The notes beneath the pieces are model-generated. The model was not told the DNA's origin. It made no database searches and saw only the letters and a list, made by a program, of their open reading frames with translations. A program made the translations under genes and the position numbers. A stretch of 64,000 nucleotides of DNA from a virus. Below, piece by piece: positions 27,718 through 36,391 of the stretch. The DNA is taken from positions 32,001 to 96,000 of the IMG/VR virus record IMGVR_UViG_3300032073_005220, one strand, 5' to 3'. Each line of letters starts with the position of its first letter. Within the stretch, counting starts at the first letter, position 1.

Positions 27718-28772
27718 ATATGCACGTTATGGCCCCTATAGCACAAACAGGATATGGTTATGTTAGTATCAATATTATAAAATCTTTAGTTAAGAATAAT
27801 CACAACTTATCTATAACTCCAATAGGAGGTTCCATAGGAGCAGAGTCTCAAGAAGAATTTGATTTGTTTAAAGATTGTTACGGAAAACTCCCGGATTACG
27901 ATGAGTCTGTATTAAAAATTTGGCATCAATTTGATTTATTACAAACAGTCGGAAGAGGTAAATATTTTGCTTTACCTTTCTTTGAAGTTGATACTTTCAA
28001 CAAAAGAGAACAATATCACTTAAATTTTCCAGACGAACTAATAGTGTCCTGTCAATGGGCAAAACAAGTTATAGAAAATAACAACATAAGTAAACCAGTA
28101 AATGTCGTCCCTATGGGTGTTGACACCACTATATTTAGACCTAGACCAAAGCAAGACCTATCTGATAAATACGTTTTTGCCACGGTAGGAAAGTGGGAAA
28201 AGAGAAAGTGTCACGATACTATTATTGATTGTTTTAATAAAGCATTTTCAACAGAAGATAATGTTGAACTGTGGTTGCTAACACAAAATCCTTTCCTCAA
28301 TGAGGAAGCTGAAAAGTTTTGGCTAGAAAAAGTAACCAATAGCCCTTTAAGAGATAAGATACAAGTATATAAGAGGTTAGACACTCATGAGTCTGTCGCT
28401 GAATTCATGTCTCAAACAGACTGTGGAATATATTTATCTCGCGGAGAAGGTTGGAATATGGAGTTGTTAGAAGCAATGGCTATGAATAAGCCTGTAATCG
28501 CAAGTAATTTTTCTGCACATACAGAATATTGCAATAATGATAATTCTATGTTAGTCGATATAGATGAGCTAGAGGAAGCCAATGACGGTAAATGGTTTTT
28601 TGGAGGATCTAAATGGGCCAAAATAGGACAGAATCAAATAGATCAAACAGTTGATCACATGAGAAGGTGTTATAAAGAGAGGATTAAGACTAACGAATCT
28701 GGCTTAAATACAGCGAGATCTCTAACTTGGTCAAATACCTCTGAGCAAATAGCTAAAATCATGGGAGGCTAG
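27714..28772 (+). CDS. GT4 glycosyltransferase
   Basis: TGYG, MGVD, GKWEKRK, SRGEGWNMELLEAMA. Confidence 0.88.
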   Translation: MNMHVMAPIAQTGYGYVSINIIKSLVKNNHNLSITPIGGSIGAESQEEFDLFKDCYGKLPDYDESVLKIWHQFDLLQTVGRGKYFALPFFEVDTFNKREQYHLNFPDELIVSCQWAKQVIENNNISKPVNVVPMGVDTTIFRPRPKQDLSDKYVFATVGKWEKRKCHDTIIDCFNKAFSTEDNVELWLLTQNPFLNEEAEKFWLEKVTNSPLRDKIQVYKRLDTHESVAEFMSQTDCGIYLSRGEGWNMELLEAMAMNKPVIASNFSAHTEYCNNDNSMLVDIDELEEANDGKWFFGGSKWAKIGQNQIDQTVDHMRRCYKERIKTNESGLNTARSLTWSNTSEQIAKIMGG

Positions 28773-28781
28773 TTTTTTAGA

Positions 28782-28799
28782 GGTGTATAATATATTATA
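28782..28799 (+). promoter_or_regulatory. GGTGTA-AT-rich motif (putative phage promoter)
   Basis: GGTGTATAATATATTATA, then AGGAG RBS and ATG 28822. Confidence 0.6.
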
Positions 28800-28821
28800 C
28801 AGTTTATATATAGGAGACGTT

Positions 28822-29340
28822 ATGCCTTTACCATCAAAAAAAGATTCAGAGAAAAAATCAGAGTTCATGCAACAGTGCATGAGTAGTCCTAAAATGAAAA
28901 AAGAGTTTTCAGATACTCAACAGAGACTAGTTGTTTGCATTAAACAATCTCAAGCCTCTGAAGAAATGTTGGTAGAAAAAGTTTGCGACCAGCTATATTA
29001 TATGGGCGCTTGCTGGAATGAAGAATGGAATGAATTTACACAAGATATTATACTGTCTGGAGATGGAGTAATAGATGAAGAAGGTAAAAGTTTAGGTGCA
29101 GAGTATCAGGGCAGAAAAGTTACCTTGAATAAACCTTTTAGAACTCCTGATGGACCAAAAAAGAGAAGTGTTTATGTCAAAAACGACAAAGGCAATGTGG
29201 TTAAAGTCAATTTTGGTGATCCTAATATGAAGATTAAAAAGTCTGATCCAGCACGACGCAAAAGTTTTAGAGCTAGGCATAATTGTAGTAATCCTGGCCC
29301 TAAATGGAAGGCCAGATACTGGTCTTGTAAGGCGTGGTGA
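28822..29340 (+). CDS. Conserved phage protein (basic C-terminal DUF6321-like domain)
   Basis: AEYQGRKVTLNKP...VNFGDPNM...RRKSFRARHNC...YWSCKAW. Confidence 0.7.
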   Translation: MPLPSKKDSEKKSEFMQQCMSSPKMKKEFSDTQQRLVVCIKQSQASEEMLVEKVCDQLYYMGACWNEEWNEFTQDIILSGDGVIDEEGKSLGAEYQGRKVTLNKPFRTPDGPKKRSVYVKNDKGNVVKVNFGDPNMKIKKSDPARRKSFRARHNCSNPGPKWKARYWSCKAW

Positions 29341-29341
29341 T

Positions 29342-30019
29342 ATGTCAAATATTATTAAACACACTTCAGACATTTTTGAATTAGACGCTTTACAATACGC
29401 ACAAGGATTTAATTACGATAAATCTATATATCAAAGAGTTGAGTTTGCTGAATTAGAAGATATAAATTTATTTGATATAGTTCAGGCTCCTCTTAGAAAT
29501 TCAAGCGACGAGACTAAGAGGGAAATTAATGATATTCTTAAAATTACACAAAACAGAACTCCCGAAGAAATAGAACTAGTTCATAAGGTTGATTCTGATC
29601 CTCTGCTTTTATATTATCCTGTAATTGATCGACTAAATATGGTCTTAGACTTAAAAGCATTTAATACTATGTATTATCATTCTCTTTCTGAAATGGTTGA
29701 CCATTTGAAGTTTTATTACAATAGACCTAGACCATACCAATTAGCTAATATATTATCTGTAAACATCAATAGAATTATTACTAAAACACATAAAACGCCT
29801 TCCTATCCTAGCGGACATACTATGTATGCTGCTTTGGCCTCAGAAATGCTTTCAGATAAATATCCACAACATAAGGCAGAGTTGCAAAAGTTATCATTAA
29901 TGACCGGACACGCAAGAGTATTACAAGGAGTTCACTACCCTTCAGATAATATTGCTAGTATCAAAATTGTAAATAAAATTTTCCCTAATATTAAAAAGTA
30001 TTTTATGGAGCAAGGCTAA
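29342..30019 (+). CDS. PAP2-family phosphatase
   Basis: K....RPRP, PSYPSGH, R...GVHYPSD. Confidence 0.88.
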   Translation: MSNIIKHTSDIFELDALQYAQGFNYDKSIYQRVEFAELEDINLFDIVQAPLRNSSDETKREINDILKITQNRTPEEIELVHKVDSDPLLLYYPVIDRLNMVLDLKAFNTMYYHSLSEMVDHLKFYYNRPRPYQLANILSVNINRIITKTHKTPSYPSGHTMYAALASEMLSDKYPQHKAELQKLSLMTGHARVLQGVHYPSDNIASIKIVNKIFPNIKKYFMEQG

Positions 30020-30020
30020 C

Positions 30021-30464
30021 ATGAATTATAAAGAAATCTTTAACAATATACAAAATCAAATATCCGAAAACAAGGAAGAGGAAAATACTAAAGATACCAA
30101 ACTGGAACAATACAAAAAAGATTTTTTAGATATGAATGTAGGTTCTCTTAATGCCATAATGAATCATGCTAAGTCTATTCTAGAGTCACTTGATGATGAG
30201 TCCATAAAAGAAAACTTGACAGAAAGCTGGTTACAGGGTAAAATTGCAGTAACAGAAGATTACATGCGAACAATTCATGATTTTGTAAAGTATGCGTCTT
30301 CAAATGACGATGATACTAAAGCGACCAATCGACCTGGATTATGGGAAAACATTAGAAGAAAGAAACAAAGGGAAGGAGACAATTATAAACCAGCCAAACC
30401 CGGCGATCCAGACAGACCAACGCCAGAGCAACTGAAAAGAGCTCAAAAGAAAAAGAAAAAATAA
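30021..30464 (+). CDS. Hypothetical phage protein
   Basis: ESWLQGKI segment; basic C-terminus GLWENIRRKK...KPGDPDRP. Confidence 0.65.
   Translation: MNYKEIFNNIQNQISENKEEENTKDTKLEQYKKDFLDMNVGSLNAIMNHAKSILESLDDESIKENLTESWLQGKIAVTEDYMRTIHDFVKYASSNDDDTKATNRPGLWENIRRKKQREGDNYKPAKPGDPDRPTPEQLKRAQKKKKK
30216..30244 (+). promoter_or_regulatory. Intragenic sigma70 promoter TTGACA-17-TAAAAT
   Basis: Consensus -35, 17 bp spacer, 5/6 -10; about 260 nt upstream of the sigma factor gene. Confidence 0.55.
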
Positions 30465-30501
30465 CTTATAACTATATTTAATTTAAAAAGGATTTAAAAG
30501 G

Positions 30502-31092
30502 ATGGATAAACAATTTGACTCTTTGGACACTTATATACAACTAGCGAAGAAAACCATTTCTAAGTTTGCTCCCAAATTTTATAATGGACTAGCTGCTGAA
30601 ATGCTTTCTAATGAAGATGCTATTTCTGATATAGCTACGGCTATTATGTCTGCTGATTGGAAATTTGATTCAAATAGAGTAGGTCCAACAGGTTTGAAAA
30701 AAACTCAATACTCGTATAGAAATCAGTGCGTTATATGGGCTATGAAAACTTATGTTACCCATAAGTATAAACAAAAAACTCATTCAAGTTTAGATTATGA
30801 CATAGGAGATAAAGACACCTTGTCTAAAACTATTCCAGACCATAAAAGTTCCGACCCTTTCGATATTATTATGGAAAAAGAAGAAAAACAAAATCTTAAA
30901 CAAAACCTAGAAGATATATTAGAATCTGATATCTTAAATGATAAACAAAGAAATCAAATCAAAATGTATTACTACGAAGGCAATACTTTGTCTCAAATAG
31001 GGAAAAAGTTTGGAGTCTCCAGAGAAGCGGTACGTCAAAACATTAAACGTGGGCTACAAAATATTAGAAAACTAGAAAAATGCTATTGTTAA
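30502..31092 (+). CDS. Phage RNA polymerase sigma factor (sigma70 family)
   Basis: Region 4 HTH TLSQIGKKFGVSREAVRQ; region-2-like KFD...YSY. Confidence 0.8.
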   Translation: MDKQFDSLDTYIQLAKKTISKFAPKFYNGLAAEMLSNEDAISDIATAIMSADWKFDSNRVGPTGLKKTQYSYRNQCVIWAMKTYVTHKYKQKTHSSLDYDIGDKDTLSKTIPDHKSSDPFDIIMEKEEKQNLKQNLEDILESDILNDKQRNQIKMYYYEGNTLSQIGKKFGVSREAVRQNIKRGLQNIRKLEKCYC

Positions 31093-31496
31093 AAAATATA
31101 TATAATTATTTAGTTAATATTGTGTTCGGACAAACTATATCTCATCAAAAGAACTCAAATGGAGTCTCTTTTTATATAGACTCTAAAAACAATATAATGA
31201 TGAATGTAGACATATCTGATCCAGACACTTTGTCTTTAGAAGAAATAAATAATGACGCAGAAAAAACCGCTCAAGTAATTACTTCTATTATTAATGGAGA
31301 CATGAATACTCAAATATTAAAATTTATTAAGAAATCTGCTAAGACAACAGAGACTAGCCCTAACAGTAATCTCTTTTTCCAAAATGTTTTATCTTATCAC
31401 GAAATGCAACAAAAAGAAAAGCTTGATAATATCAAGAGTGCTCTTTATGATAAAGTGGTAATTAGACCGTCGGAAGCTTTTAATAGATATGTTTAA
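31080..31496 (+). CDS. Hypothetical protein
   Basis: ORF in coupled operon. Confidence 0.6.
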   Translation: MLLLKNIYNYLVNIVFGQTISHQKNSNGVSFYIDSKNNIMMNVDISDPDTLSLEEINNDAEKTAQVITSIINGDMNTQILKFIKKSAKTTETSPNSNLFFQNVLSYHEMQQKEKLDNIKSALYDKVVIRPSEAFNRYV

Positions 31497-31935
31497 TACT
31501 GAAGACATAGATGACAGAGAAAATATTATTGTGTGGGAGAAATGGATAGATCCTTATTTGCAGACTATACAAGATTCTGTGCCCACGGGAGACGAAGACG
31601 ATGAAGATTTAGAAGAAGAGTATTTAGAAGATGAAGAAGAGTTAGAAGAATACGGCGCTGTAGACAAACTAGGTAAGTTTAGAGCCATCGCAACACCTAT
31701 GGGTATTATCCCTATTAATGAATCTACTGCAAGCGGTAAGATATTTAACTTTTGGGTTGGTCATACAAATTTTGATATAACTAATGCCTTAGCCTTAATA
31801 ATAGAGGAAACACCAGGGGTAGAAACTCTGGACGTTTTTACAAGATATAGGTTTCGGATTGGTATAGGCAAAGCTTTTCATGATTCTAAAGTAATGAGAG
31901 ACATTAATTCAAGAGTATATAATTATTTAATATGA
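31489..31935 (+). CDS. Hypothetical acidic protein
   Basis: D/E tract; FWVGHTNFDIT...PGVE....TRYRFRIGIG. Confidence 0.65.
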   Translation: MFNTEDIDDRENIIVWEKWIDPYLQTIQDSVPTGDEDDEDLEEEYLEDEEELEEYGAVDKLGKFRAIATPMGIIPINESTASGKIFNFWVGHTNFDITNALALIIEETPGVETLDVFTRYRFRIGIGKAFHDSKVMRDINSRVYNYLI

Positions 31936-32597
31936 CACAAATCAACAACGAGTCAGACCTATACAACATTCACAACTTATGCATAGATGCAAAAAGTAGA
32001 GAGCTATATTTACATTCCAGTTTTGATTCCGAAGAAGAATCAGGAGTAGAATTTAGATCTGCTATAATGTTCGAAAAAAACGTAAGGTACTTAAATCAGA
32101 TTTCTCATGATCCCATTTTAGTACACATGCACTTACCGGGAGGAGATTGGCAAGATTGTATGGGCATAGTCGATACCATAACCACCTCTCATTCAAAAAT
32201 ATTTATACTGGCTTATGGTAAAGTAGAATCTGCTAGTAGTATATTATTTCAAGCTGCTCATCTTAGAGTATTAATGCCAAATACACACATGTTGATTCAT
32301 TACGGATCTTTAAGTATCGAGGACGAACACCGTGCCGCTAAAAGTAGTTTTGAGTGGAGTGAAAAAGAATCTCTTAAAATGATTAACATGTTTAGTGAAA
32401 GATGTATTGGTAGCCCAATTGCGAAAGAAAGAAATTGGAAAAAACATATCATTAAAAAACATATCATGTCACAACTAGATAATAAAAGCGATTGGATATT
32501 AAATGCGGATGAATCTGTGTATTATGGTTTTGCTGACGGTGTATTAGGAGATAGAAAGTTTACTACAATAGATAAATTAAAAAGCAGAAAAAGATAA
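31932..32597 (+). CDS. ClpP-like protease
   Basis: HLPGGD, GKVESAS (Ser), MLIHYG (His), SDWILNADE...GFAD (Asp). Confidence 0.8.
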   Translation: MTQINNESDLYNIHNLCIDAKSRELYLHSSFDSEEESGVEFRSAIMFEKNVRYLNQISHDPILVHMHLPGGDWQDCMGIVDTITTSHSKIFILAYGKVESASSILFQAAHLRVLMPNTHMLIHYGSLSIEDEHRAAKSSFEWSEKESLKMINMFSERCIGSPIAKERNWKKHIIKKHIMSQLDNKSDWILNADESVYYGFADGVLGDRKFTTIDKLKSRKR

Positions 32598-32598
32598 T

Positions 32599-33243
32599 AT
32601 GTACATAGAGTATTGTCTATATGATAGAACACTCAGCGAAAAAGATATATCCAAAGAAATAGAAAAAGCCCTAGACATGGGTGTGAAAAATTTCTGTTTA
32701 CTTCCCTATTCTTTAGCCTCTTTAAAAAATAGTGGACTATTGAAAGAAATCAATGTCTCTGTACCGCTTGATTATCCTTTTGGAATTATGGATATTGATG
32801 CAAGAAAAGCGGTTCTTTCTAATTTATTAAATAAATACAAGATACAAGCCTTAGATGTTATTGCTCCCTCCAAGATACTTTGCAACAACAAATACTCTAA
32901 ATTTAGAGAAGATGTTGATAATGTAAACTCGGTGTCTGAAAATTACGGCCTAGACATTAGATATATATTAGAATATAGAATATTCAACTATGGAGTTCTT
33001 GCTCGATGTTGTCAAATTCTTACTGATAAAGGAATAGAAACCATTATTCCTTCTACGGGCAATATGATAGATGATATTCATGACAATATTATTGCTTGTA
33101 AATACCTAGAAAGCAAATCCAAAATTAAAACTATTTGCAGCGGCAATGTCTATCACAATAAACACCTGTCTTTATTAAAAACTAATAATATAGATAAAAT
33201 TAGAGCATTCAATATTAATACGGTCAATATGTTACAAAACTGA
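32599..33243 (+). CDS. DeoC (deoxyribose-phosphate aldolase)-fold protein, catalytic lysines absent
   Basis: DYPFG, LDVI, RYILE, IIPSTG, ICSGN align with DeoC FPLG, IDMV, KVIIE, VKTSTG, VKASGG. Confidence 0.65.
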   Translation: MYIEYCLYDRTLSEKDISKEIEKALDMGVKNFCLLPYSLASLKNSGLLKEINVSVPLDYPFGIMDIDARKAVLSNLLNKYKIQALDVIAPSKILCNNKYSKFREDVDNVNSVSENYGLDIRYILEYRIFNYGVLARCCQILTDKGIETIIPSTGNMIDDIHDNIIACKYLESKSKIKTICSGNVYHNKHLSLLKTNNIDKIRAFNINTVNMLQN

Positions 33244-33273
33244 TATTTTGAATTTTATTTATCTATTAATTAT

Positions 33274-33290
33274 GGTGTAATTTACTTATA
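33274..33290 (+). promoter_or_regulatory. GGTGTA-AT-rich motif (putative phage promoter)
   Basis: GGTGTAATTTACTTATA followed by the 12-bp palindrome AATAGGCCTATT (33294-33305) and a GGAG RBS. Confidence 0.6.
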
Positions 33291-33330
33291 AGCAATAGGC
33301 CTATTTGCACAAATAAACCGGAGATATAAA

Positions 33331-33918
33331 ATGAACTTAGCAGACAACATGAAACAGAACAGTGGTTCAGCAGTAACTTCTACTAGCACAGTAAATAATG
33401 CTGGCACATTTTTAGCTTTTGATAGCACAAACACCAAAATGGATGCAGTTAGCCCAGCATACGCAAACTATCTTGGGGGTTCAGTTCCAGCTGATACTAG
33501 CAATCCAAATACAGACCAAGCTTTATCTGATGGTAATTTTGCCCATAATAACCAAAATCCAATAGCCAAAGGTTTAACTACAGTTCTTGGTGGCGGAGCA
33601 GTAGATAGTCGATTACTATCTGGAGCTATGCTGACTTACAACGATACCGATTCCATACATGCTGTTGAAAATATCACAAGCACTAGAACTGCTACAGCTA
33701 TCAGAGCTGGTCAGTTCTTTATTGCTGGTAGAGATAATGACAGATATAATTTTCATCCAGATCCTACTACAGCTACAGATGCTTTTGGCAATGACAATGC
33801 TGCTAGAGTATCTAGAGCAACTCCTGGTAATTTAGTATACAAACTGGGCGGACCTTCAAGCGGTTCAAACCCTGTTGTAGACAGTTATTACTCGACTGCT
33901 GACGAAAAGACTGGCTGA
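33331..33918 (+). CDS. Hypothetical, possibly virion protein
   Basis: A/T/S/G/N-rich composition, strong RBS, own promoter motif and terminator. Confidence 0.55.
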   Translation: MNLADNMKQNSGSAVTSTSTVNNAGTFLAFDSTNTKMDAVSPAYANYLGGSVPADTSNPNTDQALSDGNFAHNNQNPIAKGLTTVLGGGAVDSRLLSGAMLTYNDTDSIHAVENITSTRTATAIRAGQFFIAGRDNDRYNFHPDPTTATDAFGNDNAARVSRATPGNLVYKLGGPSSGSNPVVDSYYSTADEKTG

Positions 33919-33945
33919 TATTTAAAGTTAATAATTTAATTATCT

Positions 33946-33980
33946 AGGACGGTGTATACTTTTATATGCCGTCCTTTTTT
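33946..33980 (+). terminator. Rho-independent terminator containing the GGTGTA motif
   Basis: AGGACGGTGTATA-CTTT-TATATGCCGTCCT 13-bp stem (2 G-U pairs) followed by T-tract. Confidence 0.7.
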
Positions 33981-33996
33981 ATTGGAGATACATAAT

Positions 33997-34323
33997 ATGG
34001 CAGATCCTAATACTTTAGGTCATTTTTTTGAAAACTTTACTACTCACATGGCTAGTGTCGTAATCGCACTTATTGGTTTCTGGACTACTTTTGTTCGAAA
34101 TCTAGTTAGCAGAAAAGAAGTAGAAGAAATGATAAATCATCAAAGTCAATATATGAAAGATAGAGAATTTATTATGGCTAGGTTAGAGGATCATAAAGCA
34201 GATAGCGCTACATTATTTAGAGCCCTTAATAAAAACACAGAGGTAATGAGTGAACTTAAAGTTCAAATAGCAATGCTGAGTAAAACTCTAGAAGCATTGG
34301 AAAACAGAATCGAAAGAACATAA
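33997..34323 (+). CDS. Single-TM coiled-coil membrane protein (holin-like)
   Basis: Hydrophobic MASVVIALIGFW then heptad repeats; GGAG RBS, start ATG 33997. Confidence 0.55.
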   Translation: MADPNTLGHFFENFTTHMASVVIALIGFWTTFVRNLVSRKEVEEMINHQSQYMKDREFIMARLEDHKADSATLFRALNKNTEVMSELKVQIAMLSKTLEALENRIERT

Positions 34324-34358
34324 CTTATATAAATTTCTCATAACATGGAGACAGACCA

Positions 34359-34562
34359 ATGCCTACTTCAGACGTTGCTTTTTCAAGCGATAGTGTTAAT
34401 CCTTCAGGAATGCCTAAAAACGGCAGTATAATTTTACATGCTGGAATTAGAACTGGTTTTTATGATGTGAATGATGCACATGCTGTATCTGGCACTACAG
34501 ACGACCAACTAGAAGTTAAATATTCTGGAAGATTTGACGACTATAAATATTATTTACAATAG
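34359..34562 (+). CDS. Hypothetical protein
   Basis: GGAG RBS. Confidence 0.6.
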   Translation: MPTSDVAFSSDSVNPSGMPKNGSIILHAGIRTGFYDVNDAHAVSGTTDDQLEVKYSGRFDDYKYYLQ

Positions 34563-34580
34563 TTTTAAGGTTAAACAATT

Positions 34581-35060
34581 ATGAAAAAATCATATCAAAC
34601 TAGTGAATTTTGGTTTACTATTGTTAGTTTTATCATAAGCGGTTTATTTATAGTAGGAGTAATTACAGAACCAGATACTAAAGACGACCTAATTAGTGTT
34701 GGCACCCATGTCGTTGAGAGTATTATTTTACTCGGCGGTCAGTTCATGGTATTTTCTAGATACTTAAACAAAAGGAAAATAGAAAAAGTAGAGTTTGAAA
34801 AGACCAAGCAAAAAGAACAAGATAATTTACGCAAAGAACTAGAGGATTATGTCGGAGTAGGGAAACAACACGAAATTGTGAATATAAACACAGCAGATTT
34901 AGGAGAATTAATACAGCTTCCCCATATAGGCCCACAACTTGCTCAAAAAATTATTGACTTCAGGAAGGATGGTAGGTTTAACAATATTAATGAATTGATT
35001 GAAATAAAAGGTATTGGAGATAGTGTTTTTTCCGATATTAGCAAATATGTCACGGTATGA
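34581..35060 (+). CDS. Two-TM holin-like domain fused to a ComEA-type helix-hairpin-helix domain
   Basis: KSYQTSEFW plus two hydrophobic segments; VNINTA..EL..LP.IGP..AQKII..R...F....EL..IKGIG. Confidence 0.8.
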   Translation: MKKSYQTSEFWFTIVSFIISGLFIVGVITEPDTKDDLISVGTHVVESIILLGGQFMVFSRYLNKRKIEKVEFEKTKQKEQDNLRKELEDYVGVGKQHEIVNINTADLGELIQLPHIGPQLAQKIIDFRKDGRFNNINELIEIKGIGDSVFSDISKYVTV

Positions 35061-35070
35061 GGGTTAAAAT

Positions 35071-35499
35071 ATGAATAGTAAAGAATTAATAGCTAAAGAA
35101 TTTGATGTTTTGATTGACAATGTAAAAACTAGCCTAGATAATGTAAAAAGATTTGCTGTCGGTGAAGCGTGGAAAATCCTTCAGGTAGCCACAGCAAGTC
35201 TAATTCAAACCATTGAAAAATTCGGATCGGATCTAGAAGGTCCAGAAAAAAAGACCATAGCTATGGAATTATTATCTGGTTTTTATGATAAAATATTTTC
35301 AGCTGTTGATATTCCTGTTGTGCCTAATATTTTAGAGCCTATTATACATAAGAGTGTCAAGGCATTTTTAATGGTTTTGGTAAGCGCAACAATTGATGCG
35401 TTAGTCACAACATTTAGAGAGACAGGTATTTTTCTAAAGAAAAAACTAGATGAAAATCCTTATAGTAAAGAAGTTGTAAAAGTTTCCTATGTTCCATGA
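35071..35499 (+). CDS. Hypothetical helical/amphipathic protein
   Basis: GPEKK..A, DIP.VP..LEP pattern. Confidence 0.6.
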   Translation: MNSKELIAKEFDVLIDNVKTSLDNVKRFAVGEAWKILQVATASLIQTIEKFGSDLEGPEKKTIAMELLSGFYDKIFSAVDIPVVPNILEPIIHKSVKAFLMVLVSATIDALVTTFRETGIFLKKKLDENPYSKEVVKVSYVP

Positions 35500-35511
35500 A
35501 AGGGATAGATT

Positions 35512-35895
35512 ATGAATTTTAGCCAAAGTTTTGAGGAATTTAGTAGCAGTTTAGGCCCGATGGATTTGGCTTTATATGCTGGGGTAGGCATAGTTTTATG
35601 GGTCTTATTTAAAGACAAACTAAGTCCTGTTCAGAAAATTATAATAGATTTAGTAAATAAAGCAAAGTCTTCTTTAGGACAAGATGGGAAACCCGCAGTA
35701 TCTGTTCCATTGCCAGATAGTATGAAAAATGCTCCTGTGAAGACTCAAAATGTATTTTTTGATTTAGTTGTGTCTTGGAAGCAAACAAGAGACCTAGCAG
35801 AACTCAGCGGTTGTAAGAAAGCAGTTGAAGTAGCTGATCAAATGTTTCCTTACTTAAGTCCAACAATATGTTCGGAGGATAAAGATGCAGAATAA
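35512..35895 (+). CDS. Single-TM membrane protein
   Basis: LALYAGVGIVLWVLF. Confidence 0.6.
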   Translation: MNFSQSFEEFSSSLGPMDLALYAGVGIVLWVLFKDKLSPVQKIIIDLVNKAKSSLGQDGKPAVSVPLPDSMKNAPVKTQNVFFDLVVSWKQTRDLAELSGCKKAVEVADQMFPYLSPTICSEDKDAE

Positions 35896-36391
35896 ATTAT
35901 TATTATTTGTAGGAGTCGTATTAGTATTATTTGGCGTATTTAAGCCCGATTTATCTAATTTGTCTTTGCCTGTAGGTGGTAATACTGTATGCGTAACATC
36001 TAATCATGTTACAGATGCTCCTGCCGATGAAGTATTATTAAATAAAGCTAGAGCTATTACTGAAGTATTACTTGCTTCTGATGATTCTACCAGAAAAAGC
36101 GATTGTATAAAACTATCTTCTTTATACTGTGATATTGCAACACTAATAGAATTAGACGAAACAGACTTAGTAATTGCCGATACATCAACAATCAGAGAAG
36201 TAAATAGTATTGCTGGTAAGATGTTAAGATTAGATATAAAAGATAAATATCCTAATCTTGCTGAGTTAGCTAAAGATCTCGTTGTGACCAATATAGGTGA
36301 CGACGATGTGATTTTAGATGAAGAACTTAGACTTAAAGCTGTAGAGGCTTTTCGAGCATTAAGCTGGGCATTTTGGGAGGGTAGTAAATAA
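35885..36391 (+). CDS. N-terminally anchored or secreted protein
   Basis: KLLLFVGVVLVLFGVF then helical domain; TAATG-coupled to the peptidase. Confidence 0.6.
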   Translation: MQNKLLLFVGVVLVLFGVFKPDLSNLSLPVGGNTVCVTSNHVTDAPADEVLLNKARAITEVLLASDDSTRKSDCIKLSSLYCDIATLIELDETDLVIADTSTIREVNSIAGKMLRLDIKDKYPNLAELAKDLVVTNIGDDDVILDEELRLKAVEAFRALSWAFWEGSK

